Source of the DNA: Tubulanus polymorphus
Lineage: Eukaryota; Animalia; Nemertea
Assembly: GCF_964204645.1 (NCBI RefSeq)
Contig: NC_134026.1
Coordinates: 17,146,150 to 17,210,149 of the forward strand
Direction: 5' to 3'
Length of the DNA stretch: 64,000 nt
The notes under the pieces were generated by a model. That model ran no database searches, was not told the DNA's origin, and saw only the letters and a list, made by a program, of their open reading frames with translations. Below are positions 39,801-52,410 of this stretch, one piece after another (the first letter of the stretch is position 1; each line of letters opens with the position of its first letter). Position numbers and translations under genes: made by a program.

Positions 39801-40971
39801 TTTTTAGCCCACTTGGGACTTAAGTCCCAGCGGGCTATTGCGATCACTTTTCGTGACTACTTTTCAGCCCAAAAACTGGCTCTGTCAGAATCAAGTTGGC
39901 CGACTGTCAGCCATTGTTGTTCGCTAAAATCGACACTTTTTACACATTTTTGAACTTTTGAGGGAAATTTTGAAGACGCTTTGATCAATTACCTTGATCT
40001 TTCGGATGTATGTGAATCCCCCCCCCCCCCAGGGCCCATCAGCATAACAAAAATTGGGTCGATCGGACTCAAGATGACCGTCCTATGACCTTTTTTAGTG
40101 CCCAAAAATGTCAATTTTTGCCCGAATTCTGAGTCCTGTAGCTCCCTACTGGTTTGCTATTCCTCATTGCAATTTGTGATGGGTATTCTTTGAAAAGGGC
40201 TGTTTTATACCTGAGACAGGTATTTTTGATCAGCCAATTATGACGCAATTGGCGGCCATTTTGGTGTCATCAGTACTCATTCATAGGTGGAAAAAAAGTT
40301 TTTCCACATTATATTGATACCTAAGCGTATTTTGTTACCACAATCAATTAGTACCTTGTAGCTCATAACGTGTTCTATGATTGTGGTGAGTTTGAATGTC
40401 ATTGGTATTTGTATATGGCCACCAGGGGGCGTTGAATAATACGATATCTTAGTATTTCTATATTATATTCGTATCAATGCATATTTTGTAACCACAATCA
40501 ATTGCAAAGTTGTAGCTTATGACATCATCTATGATTGTGGCAAGTTTTAAGGCCATTAGTTATTCTATATGGTCACCAGGGGGCGTTGAATAGTAGAATA
40601 ACTTAGTATCTCCTTATTATATTGGTACCTAGGCATATTTTGTTACCGTGATCAATTACAAAGTTATAGTTCGTGACATGTTCTAAGATTGTGGTGAGTT
40701 TCAAGGTCATTGGGTTTTGAATATGGTCACCAGGGGGCGTTGAATAGTAGAATAACTTAGTATTTCCATATTAAATTGGTAACGAGACAAATTTTGTTAC
40801 GACAATCAATTACAAAATCGTAGCTGCTGACATGTTCTATGGTTGTGGTGAGTTTCAAGGTCATTGGTTTTTGCATATGGTCACCAGGGGGCGTTGAATA
40901 TTGAAATTGTAGATTGTTGAGCATTTGGAACCACTTCCCTAGTGGGCATGGTGTCCCTGGACCCCTAGTTT
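39801..40971 (+). mobile_element. HINE/DINE-like non-autonomous Helentron with four 154-bp tandem repeats
   Basis: T-tract start and 5' stem-loop TAGCCCACTTGGGACTTAAGTCCCAGCGGGCTA; 3' subTIR AGTGGGC, small hairpin and CTAGTTT end; CAGGGGGCG at 40423, 40577, 40731, 40885. Confidence 0.75.
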
Positions 40972-41292
40972 ATCATTATCTAGGCAGTTTTCGTGGCAAC
41001 AGCCACATGCAGATGTACAAGTGACATTATTTTTTCTGCATTTACAGTTGGCGCGGCTGCAATCAGTCTTACATTTACAAGAAACCAATTCAGGACATGC
41101 TGAACATGCATTTTTGCTTGATAGTTTGCACGGGCTATATGACGTTGTAATGCATCTTTCTACTTTTGATATTGATAGGATATTGATAGGGACTCAAAGT
41201 GCCCTTTCTTGCTTTTATGGAACTAGGAACGACTGAATGTACCATTTTGTTGAAAATTATCTACCTCGTCTTGTAAAAACACTTTAGCCCGA

Positions 41293-43017
41293 AATTTTCC
41301 ATACTGTTAAATTGCATTATAATAATCTTGTAAAGCATTCCAAGAGGCAGTACTACAATACCAGGATTAGTGATGCAGGTTCGGATGGAAAAGCTATGCA
41401 GAAAGTGTTTGATGAACTTCTTCTGAAAGATGTGAGTAGAAAGCTGCCAGATAGTGATGAATGGGAAGAACTTGCAAATAGATTTGCAACTTTCTTTGCT
41501 GACAAAATTGAGAGGATTAGACTATCTTTCCCAGACTCGTGTTTGGGTCCTGAAGACTGCGTTGATAACCCCGCTCATTAAAAAACAAAGCTTAGATACT
41601 TCCGTTCTCAAAAACTACCGTCCAGTCAGTAACCTCCCGTTTATCTCCAAAGTACTGGAGCGTGTTGTAGCTGTTTGTATAACCGCTTATATGGATGCTA
41701 ACAATTTACATGATATTTACCAGTCTGTGTACAAAACCTGTCACAGCACCGAGACAGCTCTTGTCAAGGTTCAAAGTGACATTCGTAACATGGTTGACGC
41801 TGATGGTGCTGCCATACTTGTCCTTTTAGACCGGAGTGCTGCCTTCGATACTGTGGACCATCTCATCCTTGTAAATCGACTTCAGGTAGTGCTTGGTATT
41901 CATGGTTCAGCACTTCAGTGGTTAATATCGTATCTTGAGAATCGCACGCATCGTGTCGTTATCAACGAACATTACTCTGATTTCTGTAAAGTTGAGTATG
42001 GTGAGCCCCAAGGCTACATGCTGGGGCCACTATTGTTCCTCATTTATTTATTGCCCTTAGTGCAGTTATTTGAGGATAGCAAAGTTTCACGTCATGGTTT
42101 TACGGACGATGGTCAACTGTATATGGCAATCAAATGCAAATCATTGGACATTAGTAGACAAGTTAATGTTATCGAGCTTACATGTTCTCAAGTCAACAAG
42201 TGGCTTATTGACAATAAGTTGATGTGCAATGTGGATAAGTTCGAGGCAATGTTGTTTGGAACAATGCATATACTGCGTTCAATCAACATACGTAGTATTT
42301 GTGTTGACGACTTTGAGATTCCGTTATCGAATAAACCTATCCGAAATCTTGGAGTTATTTCTGACCCTCAGCTCAATATGAAGGCACATGTTAGTAGTTT
42401 TGTCTGTGCTACGTCATATTATCTTAGGGCGTTAGGTAGCATCCGGGACTACTTGTCTGATGCGGCTGCGAAACTATTTATGCAGTCCCTAGTTTTGTCA
42501 AGGATTGACTACTGTAACGCATGCTTGGCAGGATCGTCTTTTTCTTCTCTTCACAGACTGCAATTGATACAGAACCGTGCCGCTCGTATTGTCACCAAAA
42601 CAAAGAAATATGAGCATATAACACCTGTGCTTAAGTCCCGTCACTGGTTGCCTGTGAAACAGCGCATAGAGTTCAAAGTTATTCTCCTTGTTTTTAAGTG
42701 CCTGCACTTGTTGGCTCCAGTCTACTTGAGAGATCTACTCGTTCAGTACAATCCAGTTCGTGCACTAAGATCATCATCTCAAAATTTACTGTCTGCAGCC
42801 CATTACAACCTAAGTACTTTTGGTGGACGTTCATTTACTGTAGTTGCTGCTTCCCTTTGGAATAACATTGATAACCACCTGCGTAATATTCACGATGTCA
42901 ACCAGTTTAAACGTTCCCTAAAACATCTACTCTTTCAACGTGCCTATACTTAGTGACTATGAACCATTGCAGTGCGCCGGAGAACTTATCTTTTAAGAAA
43001 CAGGCGCCTTATAAATG

Positions 43018-43055
<38 letters not shown>

Positions 43056-43057
43056 CA
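41293..43057 (+). mobile_element. 5'-truncated L2/CR1-group LINE
   Basis: RT ORF, (ATT)n tail at ~43021-43057, TSD TTAGCCCGA (41284-41292, 43058-43066). Confidence 0.88.
41312..42953 (+). pseudogene. LINE reverse transcriptase (internally deleted, degenerate)
   Basis: NYRPVSNLPFISKVLE, STETAL, D.SAAFDTVDH, G.PQG..LGPLLF, FTDD, HITPVL..HWLPV. Confidence 0.92.
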
Positions 43058-44963
43058 TTAGCCCGAGGACCTTTTTAGTCTGCTATTGTGCCCTATACCA
43101 CTTTGACAACATTTTAATTGATTCTGGTATCTAAAACTACGTCAACGAACTTAGTAATGTGAATGGTATACGGACCACATGTCGGACACGGAATGTGGAA
43201 GGTTTTTTGGACGTTGAAAATTTGAAATGGGCAAGTTCACCTAAGGGGGTTCCTCCAAACCCATGTACAGGCCTAAGTCTGCAGATTTAAACACGGGTCC
43301 ACCGACTATCAGTCGGTGAAGAACCTGGAACTTCACTGGGCCTCACAAATTTAACATGAATTGAGACAAAAAGACAAAGGAATTAGTGCAAGCAGCTTAC
43401 GCTGTATAATCAAAGGTTTTCTAGAGATCGAGCAAATTATTCAAACCCTACCACCTCAACTGCGTCATTTCGCTTATAATTTAGAAACTATTGCTGACCA
43501 GGCCCCGGCCGTGCTTGGTCTACATAACATAGTGATAATTATTTGGGGTTTTCAGCAACAAAAATGTCCATACATTGACAAAATCAAATAGTATTAAATA
43601 TAAGTATTATATGAGGCCTGCCTACCTATTAGTTATAAGGCCTATTCTCCACTCAAATATCTTAGAATTCCATCCTTCCTCAACTATTGAATCCCATCTT
43701 TTCCTAATCATAATAGAGTCTCATTCCTTCTTCATGACATTTTCAGGCCAACTCAGACAATTATTGAAGCTGTTGCAATTTCTTCATCAAAAATTGATCA
43801 GTCAAACTACAACTATGAAATATTTCATTGACACAAGTTTTGGTGATAATGAAGTGTCTATTATTCGAAAGCCAATCATTTTCACTGAACAGCATATATC
43901 CTGACAAAAATCATTCAACACACTCCAACGTTAGGATCATTAATGTCATGCCCTAGAAGTAAAGAAAATTCAAGGAATTGCCTCAAAAATGAGCTTTCAT
44001 TCGACAAATTCGGTGAAAGGGTTCAAAAGATATGGGAAAAAAAGAATTTTTTCAAATAAACGCATATAATGTATGGTTACCATGGTGACAACGTTTAGTT
44101 ATGATTTACTCGTGAACGAATATGGAATTATTTTAAAATTTTAAAGAAAAAAGATTAGATATGGTTTTAAATAAACACATCCTCAATTAATCCATTGGTT
44201 ACGTCAAGAATGTGGACAAATTACGCGATTTTTCGGCAATTGCAACAATGGTTATCATTGTTGCAATTCAATTGTTAGCAAGACGTAGTAACAAGCGGCC
44301 CAATAAATGGTCCAAGACTTTTTGGCAAGTTAAGGACATATGGAATGTCACGAAAGACCCAACGCCCAAAATACCGGTACCTGACGGATGAAGAACGCAG
44401 ATTTGAATTGCTGTTACCATAGAAACCAATAAACAGTTAATCCCGATATTGACCAAGTACATACGAGTTATAAGTAAGTTTAAAGAAATATCAAAATAAT
44501 CAACAAAAAACATTAACAACATCACTATTTGAGCTAATAACCTTTAAAATGAATATTTCATATGAAATTGCTATTTTCAAGTGAATATTACACGATTGTT
44601 GCTGCTGTAACTAGGTAACAAATAAATGTATGCATAAAATTAACGTTGCGCTATATGCGCTGTAATCCCCCGACTCAGAAAAGGTTTAGATTGTAAAATT
44701 ACTCCAAACCTAAGATGAGATATTCGAATCACTTAGCAAAAGTAGTTTTAAGTGTATTTCCCTGCCAAATGAAAATGAAGATGTTTTAATTTCAAAATGT
44801 CTGACTTCAACGCCCCCTGTAGGCCAAAAAACGAAAGAATTGTAAAAGGCATCCACCACACATGATAGCCCACATACTCTGCTATCAAATGAGCCCGGAT
44901 GCCAAGCTGTAACAAAAAATGCCGTGATCGTCGAATTTTCCATGATTGGCTGGCTGACTACCA

Positions 44964-47053
44964 GTTATATTTCATAATCTATCAGGATATGATGCACATT
45001 TATTCATCAAACAGTTATGCCATAAAATAGAAGAAACTAATAATGAAATAGAAAGATTAAATTCAAATAGATCAAAAGATAAAATACCAACTTATAAATT
45101 TAGAATGTTAGCTAAAACATCTGAGAATTATATATCATTCCAATTTGGTTGCCTAAGATTTATAGATTCATATAGATTTTTGAATAGTTCATTAGATAAC
45201 TTATCAAAGTAAGTTGATGATGAATTAAAAATATTAAAGCAACACTACCCAAATAATGATGATTTTAATTAATGAGATATAAAGGAGCAATTCCATATTC
45301 ATTTTATAAATCACATAATGATTTCAATATAACTGAATTATTGAAAGAACAATTCTATGATGAATTAAAAAATGAATATGTTAAAGATGAAGTATATAAT
45401 AGAACATTGAATATTTGGAATCATTTCAAAATAGAAAATCATGGGCAATTAGATATATATTTAAAATCAGATGTATTATTATTAACCGATATATTCGAAA
45501 GGTTTAGAGATGTAAACCTAAAATATTTTAACATTGATCCATGTCATTGTTATTCATCACCAGGATTAACATGGGATTGTGGATTAAAATTTACAGATAT
45601 AAAAATGGATTTGTTAACAAATATAGATCAATTATTATTATTTGAAAAATCTATAAGAGGAGGAGTTTCAGGTGTATTAGGGGATAGATATTTCAATGTA
45701 AATGATAACCCTGGATATAAGTTATTATATATAGATGCAAATAATCTATATGGTTGGGCAATGATGGAACCACAACCTTATGGAGTATTTGAATTAACTG
45801 AAGTTTTACAGAATGAAAATAATGACAAATTTGATTGGAAGAAAAGAATCCTAGATATTGCAGATGATTCAGATACTGGTTACTTCTTTGTTGTAGATTT
45901 AGAATATCCTGAACATATTAAATTTAAATCTAGAAATCTAGCATACTGTCCAGAACATAAAACTGTTACTCATGAAGAATTATCAAATTATCAAAAAAGA
46001 ATTAAACCCGAAAATCCTATTCATACAGAAAAGTAAATGGTAACTCAGGAAGATAAATATAATTATGTAGTACATTATAGAATGTTAAAGTTTTATTTGA
46101 ATCAAGGAATGGTTTTAAAAAAAGTACATAGATATATTTCATTTAGTCAATCTAAGTGGTTAGAAAAATATATAGATTTTAACACCAAACAGAGAACTGA
46201 AGCTAAAACTGATTTCGAAAAAGATTTCTTCAAGTTAATGAATAATGCATTCTATGGTAAGACTTGTGAAAATATTAGAAATAGAAATGATATTGAGTTA
46301 GTTAGTAATGGTAAAAGGATAAGGCATTTACAAACATATCCTAAGTTCATTGGTAACAGAATATTTGATGAAAATTTAGCTGCAGTTAAGATGAGAAGAA
46401 CATCAATGAAATTTAATAAACCAATCTATGTTGGCGCTTCAGTTTTAGAATTATCAAAATTACTAATGTATGAATTCTATTATAATGTATTACAACCACT
46501 TTTTGGAGAAAAACATATAGAAATACTATATTTTGATACTGACAGTTACATATTAAAGATAAAAACTGATAACATAACAGATGATTTAAAAACATTAAAA
46601 CATCATATTGATTTCAGTAACTATCCTAAAGATCATGAATTGTTTAGCAATGATAATAAAAAAGTTCCCGGTAAATTCAAGGATGAATTAGGTGGTGAAG
46701 AAATGATTGAGTTCATCGGTATTAGATCTAAAATGTATTCATATAAAACTAAAGAACATGAAGCTAAAAAGTTAAAAGGAATAACCAAAAGTGTAGTAGA
46801 AAAGAATATTCATTTCAAAGATTACATCAATTGTATATTCAATGAAGAAGTTAGAAAACATAAGATGAGATGTTTAAGATCTGAAGATCATGAAGTATTT
46901 ATTGAAGAAATTGAAAAGATAAGTCTAAACCCATTTGATGATAAAAGATATATTCTGGATGATGGAATTCATACAGTTGCATATGGTTGCAATTTAGATG
47001 AATACTTAAAATTTAAAAGAGAAGAAACAAAAGAGAACGAGATAATGAAATGA
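44964..47053 (+). pseudogene. Protein-primed family B DNA polymerase, C-terminal part
   Basis: HNLSGYD, FIDSYRF, YLKSDV, IRGG, YIDANNLYGWAM, KLMNNAFYGK, YFDTDS, KVPGKFKDE, KLKG, DDKR; stops near 45210 and at 46034. Confidence 0.95.
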
Positions 47054-47097
47054 ATTCTAACGTGTTAATCAAATTTTAATAAAAATATGTTATTAAA

Positions 47098-47455
47098 ATG
47101 GAGAGTAAACAAGCACACAGTGAGAACAACAAATTATTTCTAGATAGAATTAAAGATATAACAAATGTAAAATCTGTAGATTATAAATTCAAAAAGTTAA
47201 CAGAATTAACAATTCATAAGAAATATCTAATTACAAATATTGATACAGTTACTAATAACTATGGAGATAAATTAGTTATACACTTAGAATATATATGAAG
47301 GATTAACAGGAAATACATATAAATTCAGAACATATTTACCGGATAGATTTCATAGATTATCAAGTGAAGATCTAGAAGAATTATGTTCTGGTGATTTCTA
47401 TTTCGTATACAAAGGTAAGAATGAAAAAGGGCACCATGAAATAGATTTCGAATAA
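47098..47455 (+). pseudogene. Polinton hypothetical protein (frameshift)
   Basis: Homolog at 803-1117 in element A. Confidence 0.65.
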
Positions 47456-47472
47456 GAAAATACGTAAAATAA

Positions 47473-48097
47473 ATGGTAGAATTAAAAGAATACAGAATAT
47501 TTGTTGATTCTAGAAGACTTACTAATTTTTGATAAAGGTAAAAATGAATGGTCCTCTATATTTTTAAAACCGGGGTTATATAATTTAGATACATTAGCAC
47601 AAGAAATTAATAGAAAAGCCTGGCACAAATTAGGTAGTAGTTCTGGTTTTAGTATTAGATTTTTAAAAAGTGAGAGTTCTGATAGAATAAAGATAAGGTT
47701 GTCTAATAGTGAAAAACATAAATTTATGGTAAAAAAACCTATAGCTAAACTGTTAGGAATTCTTCCAGATAGATCTTTTACAAATATTGACGCCACTACA
47801 CCAAACTGAATACCTTACACACATTTCTATATTTATTGCAATTTAATCGATCCTACAAAAACATTCGAAGCAACTAAAGATATAACTTGTAATTCTGGTT
47901 TACTAAACATTTTACCATTGAAGAATGTTAAAGAATTTGGAACGCAAATAAATTATAATTTAACAGAATGTGATTTCAAACCATGCATTCCTCGTTTTAA
48001 TAATTTTAGATTAGAAATTAGAAATCACAATGGATACTTAATTGATTTAAATAATTTCCCTGTAATTTATGAATTAGTTATAAGATGTAGAGAGTAA
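47473..48097 (+). pseudogene. Minor capsid (penton-like) protein
   Basis: PGLYN..L..EIN, IAKLLGI, FYIYCNLID, LLNILP, FRLEIRNHNGYLIDLNNFPVIYELVI pattern; one frameshift and one stop. Confidence 0.7.
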
Positions 48098-48113
48098 TTT
48101 TTTCACTATATAA

Positions 48114-48458
48114 ATGAATATAACTGTTGGACCGAGTATATGTTTTGGGTTTGATTTTAAACGTGGTAAAGAAATAAGAATTAAACTAAATGATGTAATT
48201 ACGGATATAAAAAGTAAATCATTTAACAATGCACCAATGATTGATAAAGAAAATTATAATATAGAAAAAGTAATTGATTTAATTAAAACGCCTTTAGAAT
48301 CTTATGAATTAAATGAAGATGGAATTATTGATGACATTAAAAACATATTAACCAAAATATATGATAATCATAAAAGTAGTAATGAAATAAATGTTGAATT
48401 AATCATAAATAAGTTAACTAAATATTTTGATGATAGTAATTTTTTGATAAATAAATGA
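48114..48458 (+). CDS. Polinton hypothetical protein
   Basis: Tightly packed ORF with TAAATG start. Confidence 0.6.
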   Translation: MNITVGPSICFGFDFKRGKEIRIKLNDVITDIKSKSFNNAPMIDKENYNIEKVIDLIKTPLESYELNEDGIIDDIKNILTKIYDNHKSSNEINVELIINKLTKYFDDSNFLINK

Positions 48459-48676
48459 GTGATAATAAGTGGATAATAACTGGATTATATAATGGCGCAT
48501 TACTATCAGTTGGAACTGTTGGTTATTCAATGGTATTAAAAAAAGTATTTAAAATGGGAAGTGTTAATGTTGATAGATTTGATATAAATGATATCTTAAA
48601 ATTAACCTTAGCAGTTACTTTATCTAATTTAACTATTGATTATTTGGAAAAACAAAAATATATTCCTCCCATATAA
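48455..48676 (+). CDS. Polinton small hydrophobic protein
   Basis: TAAATG start overlapping the upstream stop; ends DYLEKQKYIP. Confidence 0.65.
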   Translation: MSDNKWIITGLYNGALLSVGTVGYSMVLKKVFKMGSVNVDRFDINDILKLTLAVTLSNLTIDYLEKQKYIPPI

Positions 48677-48700
48677 ATGCGTAATTATTTTACTAAATAA

Positions 48701-49123
48701 ATGGCTTCTGCAGTTATAACTATTATAGGATCGGCAATTGTTAACGCTTTAGCATTTACTGGTGGTGGATATTTATTTAAGCATATTGATAAAAATGGTT
48801 CATTAACAGAACAAAAAAGACATAACTTAGCATTAGAGAAATACAATAAAGCAGCGGAAGAATATAGAGAAAAACGACAAAACTATATGGATTACATCAA
48901 TAAAGAATTATATGATCAGAAGATTTCACATAGAGATTTTCAATCAGTTGATGATGCAATGAGTTTATATAACGCGGTCACCAATAAAGAAAAATTACAT
49001 CTATACAAACCTAAATTATCAGATTATTATACCCCAAGTAATGAACAACAGAAATATGAAATAATATGGATTTTAGGTGGAACAGTTATTGTTATATTTG
49101 TAGCATATAAATTTACTAATTAG
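48701..49123 (+). CDS. Polinton conserved protein with N- and C-terminal hydrophobic segments
   Basis: AIVNALAFTGGGYLF..EQKRHNLALEK..PKLSDYY; TAAATG start. Confidence 0.75.
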   Translation: MASAVITIIGSAIVNALAFTGGGYLFKHIDKNGSLTEQKRHNLALEKYNKAAEEYREKRQNYMDYINKELYDQKISHRDFQSVDDAMSLYNAVTNKEKLHLYKPKLSDYYTPSNEQQKYEIIWILGGTVIVIFVAYKFTN

Positions 49124-49143
49124 TAATTTTTTTTGCTAAATAA

Positions 49144-49570
49144 ATGGAAGATAAAGTTGATAATATTGACATTATTCCTCATGATATAAATAAAACTAAA
49201 TTAAAAATATATTTAGAAAAACAAATATTAGAATTTGAAAGTGACCCAAAGATAAAAAAGAAAAAATATTTAAAAAGTAAAATTATATATTATTTGATTA
49301 TAAGTGGTTCGGTTACAATTAGTTCTGTAATAACATTTCTAGCAATATTCAGTCCATTAACACCTTTAGCTATATCAATTGGTGTATTAGGATTAAGTTC
49401 AAGTGTTTTAACCGGTATAAGTTCAAAATTAAATATAAAAAGTAATAAAGAAAAAATCAAAACTAATATAAAAGAAATAAATTAAAGAATACACTAGATT
49501 ATATAATAAGTTTAAATGGTCATATAACAGTTGAAGAACAAGATAAATTATTAAAAGAATTAATAAATTA
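49144..49570 (+). pseudogene. Two-TM hypothetical protein, frameshifted C-terminus
   Basis: ORF 49144-49485 with two hydrophobic helices; coding-like sequence continues in another frame. Confidence 0.55.
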
Positions 49571-49590
49571 TTAATTTTTTAATTACATAA

Positions 49591-50916
49591 ATGGCAGATA
49601 GTTTTCCAAAAGCTTTCCAATATAATAAATCAATTAAATATAATATTCCTGCAATAGATTTTAATAAAGATATTACATATAGAAATGAAGTTTTAAATTC
49701 ATTAATTGATTTATATATTTATGTTACTGAAAGTAATAATTTTCATGTAAAGATGGAAAATATATTTCATGTGTATACAATTAATTTCAAAAATTTAAAT
49801 GAGGCAAAACAATGGTTATTAAAATCTAATATGAAGTATTGGCAGAACCAATTAAATTTTGCTGTTTATTGTGCAACAACAGGATGTGGAATTAGTTGGA
49901 ATGATCATTTAAACGAACCAAGTTTACCATTGATGTTATCACTTTTTAGATTTCATACATATTTTCAAATAAAATTAATATTAGATGAATTAGAATGTCC
50001 TTTACCAGGTTCAAAATATTTTAAAGAATTGAATAATAATATTAATTTTTCTAAGTTTTATAAAATATGTAATGAATTTAATATTAATTCAAATAAAGAT
50101 TTTAGAGCAAAAATTGGAACAATGGGTGGATTAGGAATATTATATACTAAAGAATTTGGAAAAATAATGACAAATTCAGATATAAGAACACTAAATTGGA
50201 ATGAATTACCAAAATATTATAATAATATACAACAACAAAACAATAATGGTTGGGTTAATTTCATTTTAGAAAATAGTGAAGGTTTTACTAAAGCTGGTAC
50301 ACAAAGAATAAATCAATCTATTAGAACTTATTTGATATGTATTTTAGGTGCGCAAGTTGAAACAAGATCCCCAATAATTGGAAATGATAACACTTCATTC
50401 GATGCGTAGAAACAGTTTAAAGTATTATTTGAAGATTCAATTCATAATGATAAAAATAGATTGATTCCCGAAAACATTGTAAGATATCAAAATTATTTAG
50501 ATAAATCACATATTAGATTAAATTATTGTATAGGCCCTAATCTATTCATTATTTCTAATGATTTAGTATTAAAGATGGGAAACATAATTGGTTACAATAA
50601 TCTAATTAAAACTGCAACAATAAATAATTCATTTGGATTAAATGATATAAATAAAAAGATAATCACTGCTCCAAAATTAATGGAAGGTGAAAAAAATAAA
50701 AAACATATTCAATCAACAGAAACTAAAACTAAGAATATTAAATTAAATAATGATTCTAAAATAAAAGATTACAATACATCAGAAAATATAAAAACTGATA
50801 ATATTCAACATGATATAATTAAACTAAATGATGATAATAAATCCCATGAAAATACTAAATTAGCTTTAACTTGTATAGGAATTGTAATCGGAGGAATATT
50901 ATATTTTAAATTTTAA
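49591..50916 (+). pseudogene. Polinton conserved protein (single gene split by TAG at 50407-50409)
   Basis: WQNQLNFAVYCATTGCGIS, FHTYFQ, GFTKAG..RINQSIRTY..CILGAQ; the next ORF is in the same frame. Confidence 0.7.
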
Positions 50917-50932
50917 TTTTTTTATTATGTAA

Positions 50933-52390
50933 ATGGCAGAAGGTGGGGAAGATATTCCAATGGATCCTTTAGATGAACCTAGTATAAGTGATGAACAACC
51001 ACTTGATTTTGATGAAACAAGTTTTAGTAATGATAATAAAATAGAATATAATACTAATTTACCAGAAGTTGTTCCTGGTTCTAAAACCCCATCAACAGAT
51101 GAATATATTAGCGGAGCTAAATCGAGAATAGATACTGAAAATGAAGTTCCAGAATTAACAGGAACAAAATTAAATTATTATGAAATTACTCATGATTTTA
51201 AACCAATATTAAAAAATTCTGGTTTCAATATAACAGATAAAGGTATGGATAAATTAGTAAAAGATTTGAAATATTTAAATAGTTATTATTATTGGCATTT
51301 GAAAGGTGACTATTATTTTAAGATTTCTTCTGATAAAAATCTCGATAAAATAATAACACAATCAACTTTTAATTTATTAAAACAATCTAGAATTAAGAAA
51401 ATCATTAATGATGTTATAACTGATGTTACACAAAAAGAAAGAGATGATAATATAAAAAAATTTAAACAAAGAAATGATTATTTTTTGAAGATAATTAATG
51501 AAAATTTAGAACCAGAAACAATTACTAAAGAAGTTATTAATTCCAAAACTAGTAAACTTAAATCAAATAAAGTTCCAATTGAAAAACTTTTACCGAATGG
51601 ATTACTTGTTGCAACAGATCAAGAATTAGAAGATTTAGATATATTTTCTGAGAATATATATAAGAGAAATTATTAGTATAAGACTTGCATCTAATAAAAT
51701 TGCGCATGATAAAAGTATAAGAGATTTTAAAATTAGAACTTTAGAAAAAGAATTAACTGATAAAAATAAAGAGAAAAATTAAAGTCTGATTTAGATCATC
51801 AATTACTTGACAAAATAGAATATAGGGAAAAAGAATTACGTTTAGAAAAAGAAAAAGATGATTTAGAATATAACATAGAATTACAAAAAGAAGAAATTAA
51901 ATTATTATTAAAATCATATGATTATAATATTGATAGATTAAAAGATGTTTTTAAAAGATATCTAATAAAACCAAATTCTAAAATATCATTGAAAGATAGA
52001 ATAAAATTATTATTTAAGTTTGAAGGAATAACAATTCTTTCAATTCTAACAGCTGTAACTATGTTATTTACAACAATTGGTTTAGCAATATCAAATGCTT
52101 TAAAATCTACTCCTACTCCTACTCCCAATAAAGCAGATAAAGCCCCGAATGATAATAATTCTATACAAGATAAAGTTAAAGATGGTTTAAAGAAATTAGC
52201 AAAATATTTATGGGAACTATCTAAAAAATCTGCTGCAGTATTGCCAGGAATTATTGCATCAATTGTTGGTTTTATATTGAAATCTGCTGGAAACATCATT
52301 AACCTTGCTGCTGAACATATTATTTTATTTTTAATTACAGTTGTAAGTGCTATTATTTTTGGATTAGTAAACGTGATTAAAAATAAATAA
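50933..52390 (+). pseudogene. Coiled-coil membrane-active protein (GasderminX-like of beta-type adintoviruses), decayed
   Basis: MAEGGEDIPM start; C-terminal LKDRIKLLFKFEGITILSILTA..KSAAVLPGIIASIVGFILK; lies directly upstream of MCP. Family name is from recall. Confidence 0.6.
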
Positions 52391-52410
52391 TTAATTTTTT
52401 TGTTAAATAA

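Larger units (their letters stand above)
38681..44960. mobile_element. Non-autonomous Academ-like element with ~1-kb inverted arms
   Basis: TAGTCAGCCAGCCAA / TTGGCTGGCTGACTA termini; 3-bp TSD CCA; arms 38681-39752 and 43946-44960. Removing it restores polymerase NFVP|VIFHNLSGYDAHL. Confidence 0.85.
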
